Counted from the stretch's first letter, positions 36,776 to 47,294 are shown. The stretch: DNA of 61,855 bases from an uncultured Bacteroidota bacterium (GCA_903889915.1 CAISZK010000230.1:1-61855), one strand, 5' to 3'. Made by a program: numbers and translations. The notes: generated from the letters alone by a model not told the origin.

Positions 36776-39223
36776 TTAACTGAATGGGATGATAACTTTT
36801 ACCCCTGCATTCCTTCCCATGTTATAAATACCACTATGACCTGACCAATTGACGGGGTATTGCTCGAAATATTTCAATCTGCTCAGGTGCGACTGGTATG
36901 CAACATCAGCAATATTATCAATTGTCAGGTTCACTTTTAAAACCACCTTACCTGTTTTATTAATAATATCACTTCCTGCACCGATGTTAAACAGTGTGTA
37001 GCCTGTAGTTGGTGTTTCTGTGTTGTCGGCAAGATAAACCCTGTTTTGTGTTGCATAATGATCCATCTCAACCTTTATGTAGGCAGCAGAAAAACGATGA
37101 AATTTCTTTTTGTTTTCTGCACGTAATTCAGAATGAAAATGCATAGGAGGTATTAGCGGCAAATACTTTGAACTGTCGTTTATAATTACGCCATTCCCTC
37201 CTTTATTCATTGCATAAATAACCGACACTGAATTTTCGAAATGCAGCCAATCGAGCGGATGGGGATGTATGTCAAGATTTGCTTCTCCGCCATACAGCTC
37301 AGCTTGTGATTGCAGAAATTTGAATGTTTGGTTGCCCTGAACAATAATTGAATCGTGCCCCAGATGGTTTAATAATTTTTGATTAAAAATGTAGTTGTTG
37401 ATAATGTTGTAAAAAGTTTCGATGCTGCCTGTGACATATTTTGAATTAAAAAATATCCCCAGATCTTCCTGCAAACTTTGTTCGGGCTTGATTGCTGAAT
37501 TGCCCACCTGATACATATTGGTGCCCGGATGAACACCATTGGCTGATATTTCCGAAATATTCGGCGCCCTGAACCCTTGAGCTACGTTTGCTTTTAAAAT
37601 AAATTTTTTCGAAAGATCGTATGAAACACCAATGCTACCCGAGACACCTGAAAATGTATGTTTGAAATTTGAAAACTCTTTACTGGCTCCGATAGTATCT
37701 GGCGGGCTTACCTGCATATCGAAACCTGTTGCCGGATCAGTGTGTGTGAACATTTGATCATTTGTGAAGAAACGTGTATCATAGCGAAGCCCTGCACTTA
37801 CATCCAACTTTTTAAATGACTTTTTAATGTGCGCAAAAGGTCCGATATCAAACTGATTATAATCAGGAATAATAAATTCCGATCCTTTGTTTTTATTGAT
37901 TTGATACATTCCATTTGAACCAGCAGTTAAATCCCAGCCCTTCATTTCAGGAAAAGAATAGGACGCATCATAAATGAACGAATTTAATACAAGGTAAAGA
38001 CCCGCAACATCGGCTGCCTGCGGATGACTGAATTCCCTGCGTATGTTTTGCTGGAAACCGAGATTCACTCCTAATTTGCCTTCTCCTATGATAAAGTTAT
38101 TTGAAGAATAAATTCTGTAATGCTGCACATGTTGATGAAGCGTTGTAATGTCATAGGTGTTTAATTCCTTGTCCGAAACAATAGGCCTGAAAGTATCGGC
38201 TTCGGTAATTTGTTTTGTAAACTTGCGGGTTGTTGAATCACGGCTGCCATCAGGTATTTCAAGAAGATTATTGTAAATGGAAAAATCCAGATGTGTAAAT
38301 CCCCACTTTTTATTTAAACCAACATCTCCGCTGACATCAGTTTCATCATAAGCAGTTCCATAAACACGTCCGTCAATTTTATCCATATAGTCTTTGGCTT
38401 GTTTGTGCGATATTCTTCCGCTCCAGTTAAACCCGTTTTTGTTACTGGCGATGTTCACTGAATTTCCAATCATGACATTGTTTGTTTGATATTCCATGAG
38501 GAGACTCCCTTTTGTAACACCATTTTCAACTGGTGGAGATGTTAGAAGATTTACAACTCCTGCCAATGCATCAGAACCATAAATGAGGCTGGCAGGCCCT
38601 TTGATGACTTCAATATTGTCAATAGCATATCCATCAATTTCCTCACCATGCTCATCGCCCCACTGCTGACCTTCCTGCCGTAAACCATCGTATAAAGTAA
38701 GAACACGATTATAGCCCAATCCGTGAATAAATGGTTTCGAAACATTGGGACCGGTTGTGACAGCGCTGACACCGGGAAGTTTTGCAATTGCATCAATGAT
38801 GTTCAAACTTTGATTTTGTTCAATGTATTTTAAGTCAATTGAAATTATGGGCACCGGATCTTTCTTTATTTCTGTAGCATTTGATGAACCTGTAACCACC
38901 ACTTCGTTCATTTCCGTAACGGTTGATTCCATTGCAAAATTCATGGATGATGTGGTTTTAAGATCCACTGTTAAAGCGATGGTTTTATAACCCAGAAAAT
39001 TTACCTGCACAAGAACTTTTGTTTTAGGTAGATTTTCAATTTTATAAAATCCGGCAGTATCAGTAACAGCTCCGGACTTTAAATCTGAAATGTAAACTGT
39101 AGCACCTGTAATAGCTTTGCCCGTTTTCATATCACTGACTTTACCTGTAAGTGAGTTTTGTGATCGTGCAGGAATAATAAAAATTGAAAATATTACTAAT
39201 GTAAAAAGGATATTCGTTTTCAT
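36776..39223 (-). CDS. TonB-dependent outer-membrane receptor with an N-terminal carboxypeptidase-regulatory-like domain
   Basis: 815 aa. The N-terminal domain reads LTGKVSDMKTGKAITGATVYISD...GFYKIENLP. The plug reads IEVIKGPASLIYGSDALAGVVNL, followed by a long beta-barrel. Confidence 0.85.
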   Translation of the reverse strand: MKTNILFTLVIFSIFIIPARSQNSLTGKVSDMKTGKAITGATVYISDLKSGAVTDTAGFYKIENLPKTKVLVQVNFLGYKTIALTVDLKTTSSMNFAMESTVTEMNEVVVTGSSNATEIKKDPVPIISIDLKYIEQNQSLNIIDAIAKLPGVSAVTTGPNVSKPFIHGLGYNRVLTLYDGLRQEGQQWGDEHGEEIDGYAIDNIEVIKGPASLIYGSDALAGVVNLLTSPPVENGVTKGSLLMEYQTNNVMIGNSVNIASNKNGFNWSGRISHKQAKDYMDKIDGRVYGTAYDETDVSGDVGLNKKWGFTHLDFSIYNNLLEIPDGSRDSTTRKFTKQITEADTFRPIVSDKELNTYDITTLHQHVQHYRIYSSNNFIIGEGKLGVNLGFQQNIRREFSHPQAADVAGLYLVLNSFIYDASYSFPEMKGWDLTAGSNGMYQINKNKGSEFIIPDYNQFDIGPFAHIKKSFKKLDVSAGLRYDTRFFTNDQMFTHTDPATGFDMQVSPPDTIGASKEFSNFKHTFSGVSGSIGVSYDLSKKFILKANVAQGFRAPNISEISANGVHPGTNMYQVGNSAIKPEQSLQEDLGIFFNSKYVTGSIETFYNIINNYIFNQKLLNHLGHDSIIVQGNQTFKFLQSQAELYGGEANLDIHPHPLDWLHFENSVSVIYAMNKGGNGVIINDSSKYLPLIPPMHFHSELRAENKKKFHRFSAAYIKVEMDHYATQNRVYLADNTETPTTGYTLFNIGAGSDIINKTGKVVLKVNLTIDNIADVAYQSHLSRLKYFEQYPVNWSGHSGIYNMGRNAGVKVIIPFS

Positions 39224-39252
39224 ACTTGATGGTTTAAATAATGGTTAATAAG

Positions 39253-39294
39253 TTTCAGAAACAGTGCAATAATAAAGCGCTGTTTTGCCTGAAA
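39253..39294 (-). other. Intercistronic hairpin between the small His/Cys protein gene and the TonB-dependent receptor gene
   Basis: TTTCAGAAACAG-(15 nt)-CTGTTT-tgc-CTGAAA. There is no U-tract on either strand. Confidence 0.4.
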
Positions 39295-39314
39295 TAAATT
39301 AAAAAAAGAAAAGC

Positions 39315-39644
39315 TTAAATGGAGGATGAGAACGAAGGAGGTGCCCTGGGATTATAATGACCAAAACACGAAATGTAATAAGCAGGAGAATTGAAAATGT
39401 TTAAATCTTCATGTAAAATAGATACAGATAAAAGAAAAATCTTGTACTGAAATGCGTAATGAGGTGTATTGTACTTTAAAATTTCACAGTGATGATGATT
39501 GCTTTCAATTGTTGTGTTTTGATGAGGCAGGCAGCGCGTATCTTCATGTCCGTACAGATCATGGATGTATTCTTTGGGAACAATAAACAAAGTTATTGTC
39601 ATCAATAGAAATACCGAAATGTATTTTCTGAGCGGGAATAGCAT
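39315..39644 (-). CDS. Small membrane-anchored His/Cys-rich protein
   Basis: 109 aa. It has one N-terminal TM segment (ISVFLLMTITLFIV) and then HDLYGHEDTRCLPHQNTTIESNHHHCEILKYNTPHYAF. It is co-oriented with the receptor gene and lies directly upstream of it. Confidence 0.5.
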   Translation of the reverse strand: MLFPLRKYISVFLLMTITLFIVPKEYIHDLYGHEDTRCLPHQNTTIESNHHHCEILKYNTPHYAFQYKIFLLSVSILHEDLNIFNSPAYYISCFGHYNPRAPPSFSSSI

Positions 39645-39795
39645 TCATCAAATTTTAAAATGCAAAAATAGATATTAATAAATGCAGTAGTGAAAAGATT
39701 TATTTAAACAATGTTAACGATTTCATATTCTTTCAACTTTTTAGTGTATCTTCGGAGAATTATTTTTTTTATAACAATTAAAAAGGAGGTTTAAA

Positions 39796-40677
39796 ATGGA
39801 CATTTTGCTTTATGTGCTTGCAGCAATAGTAATTATTTTCTTTGCCGGTATCAGGATTATCAGACCAACGGAAAGAGGTTTAACAGAAAGATTAGGGAAA
39901 TACAACCGCTTCAATGGTCCCGGTTTTCATTGGATCATTCCTGTTATTGAACATTTGTTCAGAGTGAATGTAACGGAAGTAATGGTCAATGCCGAATCGC
40001 AGGAGATCATCACCAACGACAACCTGAATGCAAGTGTTGATGCGCAGGTTTATTACAAAGTGAAATCGGATGAAGAAAGTGTGAAAAGTTCGCAGTACAA
40101 TGTGAATAATTATAAATGGCAGATCGTAAATCTGGCACGCACTACGCTTAGAAATATCATAGGCACTATGACACTTAAATCAGCCAATAGTGAGAGAGGT
40201 AAAATAAATGCAGAGTTGCATAAAACACTTCTTGTGGAAACACATAATTGGGGGATTGAAATTGTACGTACAGAATTGAAAGAAATTGACCCTCCCCGCG
40301 ATGTTCAGGAAACAATGAACAAAGTTGTAAAAGCCGAGAATGAAAAGATTGCCGCCATTGACTATGCATCAGCTGCAGAAACCGTAGCTGACGGTGTCAA
40401 GAGAGCCAAGATTAAAGAAGCTGAAGGTGTAAAACAATCAAAGATACTGCATGCCGAAGGCGAAGCCGAGGCCATTAAACTTGTGAATGAAGCTGCAGAC
40501 AAATATTTTATTGGCAATGCTCAACTGATGAAAAAACTCGAAACTGTAGTAGCATCACTGGAAAACAATGCTAAAATAGTTATTCCAACCGGTTCGGAAT
40601 TGGTGAATGTCATTGGAGAACTTGCAGGCGTGCTTCCAATAAATGTGAAGAAAAAAGACGTTGAAGATAAAAAGTAA
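39796..40677 (+). CDS. SPFH/band-7 (stomatin-like) membrane protein
   Basis: N-terminal TM segment. GIRIIRPTERGLTERLGKYNR, then WGIEIVRTELKEIDPP, then a coiled-coil tail. Confidence 0.85.
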   Translation: MDILLYVLAAIVIIFFAGIRIIRPTERGLTERLGKYNRFNGPGFHWIIPVIEHLFRVNVTEVMVNAESQEIITNDNLNASVDAQVYYKVKSDEESVKSSQYNVNNYKWQIVNLARTTLRNIIGTMTLKSANSERGKINAELHKTLLVETHNWGIEIVRTELKEIDPPRDVQETMNKVVKAENEKIAAIDYASAAETVADGVKRAKIKEAEGVKQSKILHAEGEAEAIKLVNEAADKYFIGNAQLMKKLETVVASLENNAKIVIPTGSELVNVIGELAGVLPINVKKKDVEDKK

Positions 40678-40705
40678 ATAAAATCTTCTTAATGGATTTT
40701 ACAAT

Positions 40706-40736
40706 AAAAAAGGGTGGTTGAAGTCACCCTTTTTTA
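40706..40736. terminator. Bidirectional intrinsic terminator
   Basis: A6-GGGTG-gttgaagt-CACCC-T6, between convergent genes. Confidence 0.6.
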
Positions 40737-40781
40737 ATTTGCTTTTTGATCATGCAATTTCATTTTAATAGGATCAATATA

Positions 40782-41447
40782 CTAAGTGTTTCCAATTTTC
40801 AGTATTTCATTGGCGTCAATTGTGATGATTTCAGGATTCTCCCTCCTTGATTGAAAATGCATAGCCTTTGCTACAGCTTTGGCATGAATGCCTTTATATT
40901 TTTTCAATTTACCGATCATAAAACGACCAAAAAATTTCATGAATTTTTTAGCCAGATATTCTCCAAACCTGAAATCATTTCTTTTTCCTAGCAACAGTGA
41001 AGGTCTTACTATATAGATACCTGGAATGGCAAGTGCTTTGACTGCTTCTTCCATTTCGCCTTTTGTACGCAGATAAAAATTAGAAGATTTAATATTAGCA
41101 CCCAATGACGAAACGACAATGAATTTGGATGCGCCGGCCTTTACACTGTATTTGGCCAATTCAACAACATAATCGAAATCAACTTTTCGAAAAGCTTCTT
41201 TTGATTTTGCCTTTCTGATCGTTGTGCCAAGACAACAGTACACATCGTCAAAAGGAGTCACCTCCATTTCAGCCATAGCATCATAATCAACGATCTTTTC
41301 TTTTAATTTCAAATGTGAAATTTCGGATGGCGTTCGCGACCATATTTCAACTTCATTGTAATGAATATCGAATAACAATATTTTTAAAAGAAAATTGCCA
41401 ACCAATCCGCTGGAGCCAACAACCAGTGCTTTTTTATATGCTTTCAT
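40782..41447 (-). CDS. NAD(P)H-binding (atypical SDR, HTATIP2-like) protein
   Basis: KKALVVGSSGLVGNFLLKILL glycine-rich N-terminus; 221 aa. Confidence 0.7.
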   Translation of the reverse strand: MKAYKKALVVGSSGLVGNFLLKILLFDIHYNEVEIWSRTPSEISHLKLKEKIVDYDAMAEMEVTPFDDVYCCLGTTIRKAKSKEAFRKVDFDYVVELAKYSVKAGASKFIVVSSLGANIKSSNFYLRTKGEMEEAVKALAIPGIYIVRPSLLLGKRNDFRFGEYLAKKFMKFFGRFMIGKLKKYKGIHAKAVAKAMHFQSRRENPEIITIDANEILKIGNT

Positions 41448-41526
41448 CAGTTTTCAAGATTCACAAAGGTACAAAAAATGTGAACAATTTTTTTTATTCA
41501 AAGTCTGCAAAGATAGAAAAACATTT

Positions 41527-41534
41527 TATCTTTG
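41527..41534 (+). promoter_or_regulatory. -7 box TATCTTTG, 65 bp upstream of the surE ATG
   Basis: Exact TAnnTTTG match. Confidence 0.35.
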
Positions 41535-41598
41535 TTTTTTTACAAAAATTATTTTTGATTAGTAATAAAAGGTTATTAATTAAACCTGTGATGAAAAT

Positions 41599-42375
41599 AT
41601 GATGAAGAAAAAAGAAACAAAAAGGCCGGTAATACTGGTAACAAACGATGATGGCATTATGGCACCTGGCATAAGGCATTTGATAAAACTCATGCGAACA
41701 ATAGGAGATGTTGTTGTTGTAGCACCAGACAAACCACAGTCTGGAATGGGGCATGCAATTACAATTTCTACTCCTTTACGATTTGAAAAAGTCGTAATTG
41801 ATCACGAAGATATTGAATACAGCTGTAGCGGAACGCCTGTGGATTGTGTGAAAATTGCAGTTAGCAAAATACTATTTGGAAAGCCAGATCTGCTTGTTTC
41901 GGGAATTAATCATGGTTCAAATGCATCCATCAACGTGATCTATTCAGGTACCATGTCTGCTGCTGTTGAGGGAGCTATCGAGAATATTCCCAGCATAGGA
42001 TTTTCAATCCTGGATTACAGATTTGATGCAGATTTTCATCCTGCAGATGAACACATACTTTCAATAGCACGCAAAGTTCTCCTCAAAGGCGTGCCTGAAA
42101 AAACTTGCCTTAACGTAAATATTCCGATAGAGAAGAAAATAAAAGGAGTGAAAATATGTCGTCAGGCACATGCTTATTGGGCCGACGATTACGAAATGAG
42201 AGAAGATCCTCATCATAAAAATTACTACTGGCTAACCGGTGAATTTATTGATGACGACAAAGGAAAGGACACTGACCAATGGGCATTGAACAAAGGATAC
42301 ATCTCAATAGTGCCCGTACAATATGATTTCACAGCACATCATGCAATAACAAATCTTAAACATCTCGAAGAATGA
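41599..42375 (+). CDS. surE: 5'/3'-nucleotidase SurE
   Basis: ILVTNDDGIMAPGI, GINHGSN, YSGTMSAAVEG. Confidence 0.9.
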   Translation: MMKKKETKRPVILVTNDDGIMAPGIRHLIKLMRTIGDVVVVAPDKPQSGMGHAITISTPLRFEKVVIDHEDIEYSCSGTPVDCVKIAVSKILFGKPDLLVSGINHGSNASINVIYSGTMSAAVEGAIENIPSIGFSILDYRFDADFHPADEHILSIARKVLLKGVPEKTCLNVNIPIEKKIKGVKICRQAHAYWADDYEMREDPHHKNYYWLTGEFIDDDKGKDTDQWALNKGYISIVPVQYDFTAHHAITNLKHLEE

Positions 42376-42668
42376 AAAAACTTTTCAGGCAGGATAATTT
42401 TATCCTTGGCATAGTTATGGGTGCCATCTCTCCATGGATTTCTCTTGGAATCCTGTATCTTTTGAATATGCTTTTCAGAGATATTATTTTGAAAGTTCCT
42501 ACACTTGTTCAAATGTCCACACTGGAGCTTATTGCCATTGTAGTGAATGTGATAATGATGCGGCAGTACATGGTAAAGCTGAAATACGACAAGACAGGGC
42601 GGGGCCTTCTGTTTGTTACTTTCATTTATATTATTGCTTATGCTGTTAATGAGTTTGTCATAAAATAA
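42372..42668 (+). CDS. Small membrane protein (3 predicted TM segments)
   Basis: A 98-aa ORF. Its ATG overlaps the surE stop (ATGA), and it ends 6 bp before lpxB. Confidence 0.55.
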   Translation: MKKLFRQDNFILGIVMGAISPWISLGILYLLNMLFRDIILKVPTLVQMSTLELIAIVVNVIMMRQYMVKLKYDKTGRGLLFVTFIYIIAYAVNEFVIK

Positions 42669-42674
42669 TACAGG

Positions 42675-43796
42675 GTGAAATATTACATTATAGCAGGCGA
42701 AGCATCGGGTGATCTTCATGCATCAAACCTCATGAAGGAATTGAAAAAGCTTGATCATTCAGCCGATTTCCGTTGCTGGGGTGGTGATCTTATGAAAGCT
42801 CAGGGTGCAGTGCTCGTAAAGCATTACAGGGAACTTGCATTTATGGGATTTATTGAAGTTATTATCAATATCAAGACAATCTTCAGCAACCTGAAACTAT
42901 GTAAAAAAGATATACTGCAGTACAAACCGGATGCATTGATCCTTGTTGATTATCCCGGTTTCAATCTGAGGATAGCTGAATTTGCAAAGGCCGCAGGGAT
43001 AAAAGTTTTTTATTACATCTCACCCCAGATTTGGGCCTGGAAGCAGGGTAGGGTGCATAAAATAAAAAAGACAGTTGGCAAAATGTTTGTGATTCTTCCT
43101 TTTGAAAGGGATTTTTACAAACGTTTCAATTATGATGTGGAGTTCGTTGGTCATCCATTGCTTGATGCCATCAATGATCCATGGTATAAAAATGAGATTT
43201 CTTCTTTTAGAAAAGATGAAGGACTTTCTGAAAAGCCTCTGATCGCAATACTTCCCGGTAGCCGTAAGCAGGAAATTTCAAAAGTGCTTCCTTTAATGCT
43301 TGCCAACGTTTCTAAATTTCCCGGTTATGAATTTGTGATCGCAGGCGTTTCTTCGTTGCCTGAAGATTTTTATAGTGAGATTTGTGCAGGCCATGAAAAT
43401 GTAAAGATAGTTATTGGCAAAACCTATATTCTTCTTTCGAATGTTGTCGCTGCTATTGTGACTTCAGGTACCGCTACTCTTGAAACTGCATTGTTTAATG
43501 TTCCCGAAGTGGTTTGTTATAAAGGATCCGCGATCTCATTTTTTCTTGCAAAGAAATTGGTCAAAGTAAAATACATTTCACTGGTAAATCTCATCATGGA
43601 TGATGAGGTTGTCAAAGAATTAATACAGCAGGATTTTAATAGTGCACAGCTTCAGCAAGAGCTTTCAAAGATACTTGACCCCGGTGTTGCAGATAAAATA
43701 AAACTACAATTCGCTCAGCTAAAATTAAAACTCGGAGGCAGCGGAGCCTCAGCAAAGACAGCGTATTTGATCATGAAAGAATTGAAATCCCAATGA
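42675..43796 (+). CDS. lpxB: Lipid-A-disaccharide synthase
   Basis: GTG start. MKYYIIAGEASGDLHASNLMKELKK. Confidence 0.9.
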   Translation: MKYYIIAGEASGDLHASNLMKELKKLDHSADFRCWGGDLMKAQGAVLVKHYRELAFMGFIEVIINIKTIFSNLKLCKKDILQYKPDALILVDYPGFNLRIAEFAKAAGIKVFYYISPQIWAWKQGRVHKIKKTVGKMFVILPFERDFYKRFNYDVEFVGHPLLDAINDPWYKNEISSFRKDEGLSEKPLIAILPGSRKQEISKVLPLMLANVSKFPGYEFVIAGVSSLPEDFYSEICAGHENVKIVIGKTYILLSNVVAAIVTSGTATLETALFNVPEVVCYKGSAISFFLAKKLVKVKYISLVNLIMDDEVVKELIQQDFNSAQLQQELSKILDPGVADKIKLQFAQLKLKLGGSGASAKTAYLIMKELKSQ

Positions 43797-43902
43797 TTTT
43801 TGGAAATATTTTTTGTTATTTTAAGAAAATATTTTTTGATATCTCGGACATGGTGGTTACTTTTGAAAATTATTGCAGGCCATTAAAAACCAATATTTTT
43901 TT

Positions 43903-45057
43903 ATGTACAGAATAGGGTGCATTATTATAATTATTTATCTTTCCCTTGCAAATAGCATATTGGCAACCAATGTTGATGTGAGAATATTCAGCGGATACAA
44001 TTTAAAGACTGTAACTGTTACACCTCTTTCAGGAAAATATGTTGTCTATGACAAGGATAAAATAATTACATCACTCTACAAAAATAACACCGTCAGCCTT
44101 TCAGTTAGCAAGGGAAAAATTAAAATCACACAGCAAGGCATAGAGCTTGGGCTTTTCTCCAATCTTTATTTTTCTGCTGATGGATTCCTGAATACTTTTA
44201 CTTTTAAACCTGTAAACCCTGCAATGACCGAAAGGGTTTACGATGACGGTGTAACAATAAGTGTTGAGGACAGCCTTTTGAAAGTTGTCAATAAAGTGGA
44301 GATGGAACATTATGTTGCAGGTGTGGTAGAATCTGAAGGCGGCATAAAACAAAACCTGGAGTTTCTGAAATTGCAGGCCATTATTTCCAGAACCTATGCG
44401 ATGAGTAATATGCACAAACATTTGAAAACTGATGGCTATAATTATTGCGACAATGTCCATTGTCAGGTTTATAAAGGACGATGCATAAACAGTATGATCA
44501 TGATGGCGGTTTCCCAGACCAGCGGGGATGTGATTATTGACAAGAATAAAAGACCTATTTCTGCGGCATTCTTTTCAAATTGTGGTGGACAAACAGTGAA
44601 CTCAGAAGATATCTGGGCAGTTAAAACAACTTATCTGAAATCAGTCAAAGATACTTTTTGTATTCACCAGTCGCAGGCTACGTGGGAAATGGAAATTTCA
44701 AAAAGTGAATGGCTAAAATATTTGGATGAAAAATTCAAATACCCCATTGCTGATTCTGCCATGAAAGCAAAAGCTACAAGTTTTGTACAAAAAACACGTA
44801 AAGTCAATTTCTGTGATGCTCCCTTGATTCCATTAAAAACTATCAGGCTTGACTGGAAATTAAAATCATCTTTTTTTAGTATTGAAGATCAGGGCGACGT
44901 TTTACTCTTCACAGGAAGAGGGTTTGGACATGGTGTAGGGTTGTGCCAGGAAGGCGCCATGCACATGGTTGACCTTGGCTGGACTTACAAGCAAATTATT
45001 AAGTTTTATTATACCGATGTTTCTATTGTCAACATTTCTGAGCTTAAAAATCCTTAA
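43903..45057 (+). CDS. SpoIID/LytB-domain protein
   Basis: MEHYVAGVVESEG, LKLQAIISRTYA, YNYCDNVHCQVYKG, FSNCGGQT, GRGFGHGVGLCQEGA. ORF 43873 begins on a TTG, and ATG 43903 is preferred. Confidence 0.85.
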   Translation: MYRIGCIIIIIYLSLANSILATNVDVRIFSGYNLKTVTVTPLSGKYVVYDKDKIITSLYKNNTVSLSVSKGKIKITQQGIELGLFSNLYFSADGFLNTFTFKPVNPAMTERVYDDGVTISVEDSLLKVVNKVEMEHYVAGVVESEGGIKQNLEFLKLQAIISRTYAMSNMHKHLKTDGYNYCDNVHCQVYKGRCINSMIMMAVSQTSGDVIIDKNKRPISAAFFSNCGGQTVNSEDIWAVKTTYLKSVKDTFCIHQSQATWEMEISKSEWLKYLDEKFKYPIADSAMKAKATSFVQKTRKVNFCDAPLIPLKTIRLDWKLKSSFFSIEDQGDVLLFTGRGFGHGVGLCQEGAMHMVDLGWTYKQIIKFYYTDVSIVNISELKNP

Positions 45058-45170
45058 GAATTTTTGCATTGATTTTTTGCCGGAAAGCTAATGGTTTTTT
45101 AATAATTTTTAACTGAGAGTTTTTTTTAACCTAAAATTACTAATCTGAAAATCTAAAAATTTTTTCCAGA

Positions 45171-47294
45171 ATGATCAACTGGAATCAAATTCCGTTTCTC
45201 AGGATCCTGCTGCCTTTTATTGCCGGAATTGTTGCTGCCCTCGCAATAGGCTCGAATTTTGTCATTCATTACAATTTTATTATTGCATTTGCTTTTGCAG
45301 TTTGTCTTCTTCTTATTTTTCACAAATACATCATTCGAAATTATGGTGGAAGATGGATTTCAGGCATCCTGGTAAACCTATTTCTTTTTCTTTTTGCTTA
45401 CACAATAACGTGCAGATATGATTTGAAAAATCAGCATGAAGACCTTTGCTATAAGCATGGCGTCAATGATTCGATCATTGCAATGATCACCGAACCTGTA
45501 AGTGAAAGAGAAAATACCTGCAAGATCATTCTTAGTGTTGAGTCAATAAAAAATAATGGTGTTTGGAGTGATTGTAATGGGAAAACTATTGCCTATTTTG
45601 CAAAAGATACTTTATCAAAAAGCTTGAAGTACGGCGACAGACTTATTATCTGCGGCGCTTTTTCTGAAGCAAGCCCACCACGAAATCCCGGGGAGTTTGA
45701 CTACAGGCGCTACCTTGCTCTTCGTTCTATTTATTCCGAGGGATTCGTGAAATCAGGCAACTGGAAATTGCTTCAGCAGGAGCAGGGGAATATTTTTTTC
45801 TCATTAGCTCAAAAGCTCCGTGAGAAATTCCTTAGGATTTTTCAACAAAATGATATCAACGGCGAGCAGTATGCTGTGGTGGGCGCAGTGTTGCTTGGAT
45901 ATACTGATAAAATTGATGCTGATCTTTTCAGTGCGTATCAGGGGACGGGAGTTCTGCATGTGTTGTGTGTTGCCGGATTGCATGTGGGTATCGTTTTTCT
46001 GGTATTGAATTTCCTTCTCTCTTTCCTCGATAGGTATAAAAACGGAAAGATATTTAAGGCGATTTTGCTATTGCTTATTATATGGTTTTATGCTGCTATC
46101 ACAGGCTTTGCGCCACCGGTGAATCGTGCTACTACCATGATCACATTTGTGTTGATAGGGAAAATAACCGGAAGAAGTCATAATGTTTACAACTCGCTTG
46201 CTGCCTCTGTGTTTTGTCTCTTGCTCATTTATCCATTATGGATTTTGAACAGCGGATTTCAACTTTCATTTGTAGCTGTGATTGGAATAGTAATGCTGCA
46301 GAAAAAGATCTATAACTTTTGGATTCCCTCTAACCGATTACTTAATTTTATCTGGCTGATAGTTACCGTTTCGATAGCTGCCCAAATTGCTACTTTGCCT
46401 TTAACAATGCTCTATTTTCACCAATTCCCGAATTGTTTTATGATCACCAATGTGCTTGTGTTTCCTTTCATGAATTTGATCATTTACTGTGGTATGCTGG
46501 TGCTGATGGTTTCACCTTTTAGATGGTTGTCCGCAATATTTTCAAAGATATTGGTTGGTTTGATCACAGCATTAAATATTTCTATTCGCTACATCGAACA
46601 TCTTCCTTTTTCAATGACAAAAGGGATCTCTATAACTCCCATTGAAATGGTTTTGATCTATTGTGGAATTATTTCTTTGATTTATTTCTTTCATAGCAGG
46701 AAACATCTTTTTTTAAAATTATCCTTGCTGGCGGCGATCATTATGACCATGTCTTTTGCTTTCAGAAGCTATCATGCCAATACACAGAAAAAGCTTATTG
46801 TTTATGATGTGAAAAAGTCTTCAGCCATTGATTTCATTTCAGGTAAAGAACACCTGCTTTTAAGTGATTCTGGCTTTACTCCCGATTCAATTGCTATTTC
46901 ACAACATTTGCAGAACAATTGGAATAACCTTTTGCTGCATGAACCACAATATTTAAATTTCACCGGACAGAATGAAGATTCAATGCAAAATAACAATCTC
47001 ACATTTTTCAGGGATGGTAACCTCATACAATTCTACAATAAAAAGCTCGCAGTCATTGATGCTTCAAATTTTCTGTTTAAATCAGATATGCCTATAAAAG
47101 TTGATTACCTGATCCTTTCCGGAAATAGTAAAGCTAATATTAGTGAGTTGCTTGAAACTTATAATCCGGGGATGATCATTATTGATTCATCCAATTCGAA
47201 ATGGAAAACATCGAAGTGGATGGCTGAATGTGCAGCGCTGAATCAACCATGTTATTCTGTTTTGAAATCGGGTGCATTTGAAGCTGATCTTTAA
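45171..47294 (+). CDS. comEC: ComEC/Rec2-family DNA internalisation channel protein
   Basis: N-terminal OB/DUF4131-like region (GEFDYRRYL) and a polytopic competence domain (GTGVLHVLCVAGLHVG). I could find no HxHxDH metallo-beta-lactamase motif in the C-terminal 180 aa. Confidence 0.8.
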   Translation: MINWNQIPFLRILLPFIAGIVAALAIGSNFVIHYNFIIAFAFAVCLLLIFHKYIIRNYGGRWISGILVNLFLFLFAYTITCRYDLKNQHEDLCYKHGVNDSIIAMITEPVSERENTCKIILSVESIKNNGVWSDCNGKTIAYFAKDTLSKSLKYGDRLIICGAFSEASPPRNPGEFDYRRYLALRSIYSEGFVKSGNWKLLQQEQGNIFFSLAQKLREKFLRIFQQNDINGEQYAVVGAVLLGYTDKIDADLFSAYQGTGVLHVLCVAGLHVGIVFLVLNFLLSFLDRYKNGKIFKAILLLLIIWFYAAITGFAPPVNRATTMITFVLIGKITGRSHNVYNSLAASVFCLLLIYPLWILNSGFQLSFVAVIGIVMLQKKIYNFWIPSNRLLNFIWLIVTVSIAAQIATLPLTMLYFHQFPNCFMITNVLVFPFMNLIIYCGMLVLMVSPFRWLSAIFSKILVGLITALNISIRYIEHLPFSMTKGISITPIEMVLIYCGIISLIYFFHSRKHLFLKLSLLAAIIMTMSFAFRSYHANTQKKLIVYDVKKSSAIDFISGKEHLLLSDSGFTPDSIAISQHLQNNWNNLLLHEPQYLNFTGQNEDSMQNNNLTFFRDGNLIQFYNKKLAVIDASNFLFKSDMPIKVDYLILSGNSKANISELLETYNPGMIIIDSSNSKWKTSKWMAECAALNQPCYSVLKSGAFEADL

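Noticed and set aside
39224-39314. A possible riboswitch (for example cobalamin) in front of the TonB-dependent receptor
   Set aside because: Only 90 bp are available, and they contain a single simple hairpin. None of the conserved riboswitch cores I know is present.
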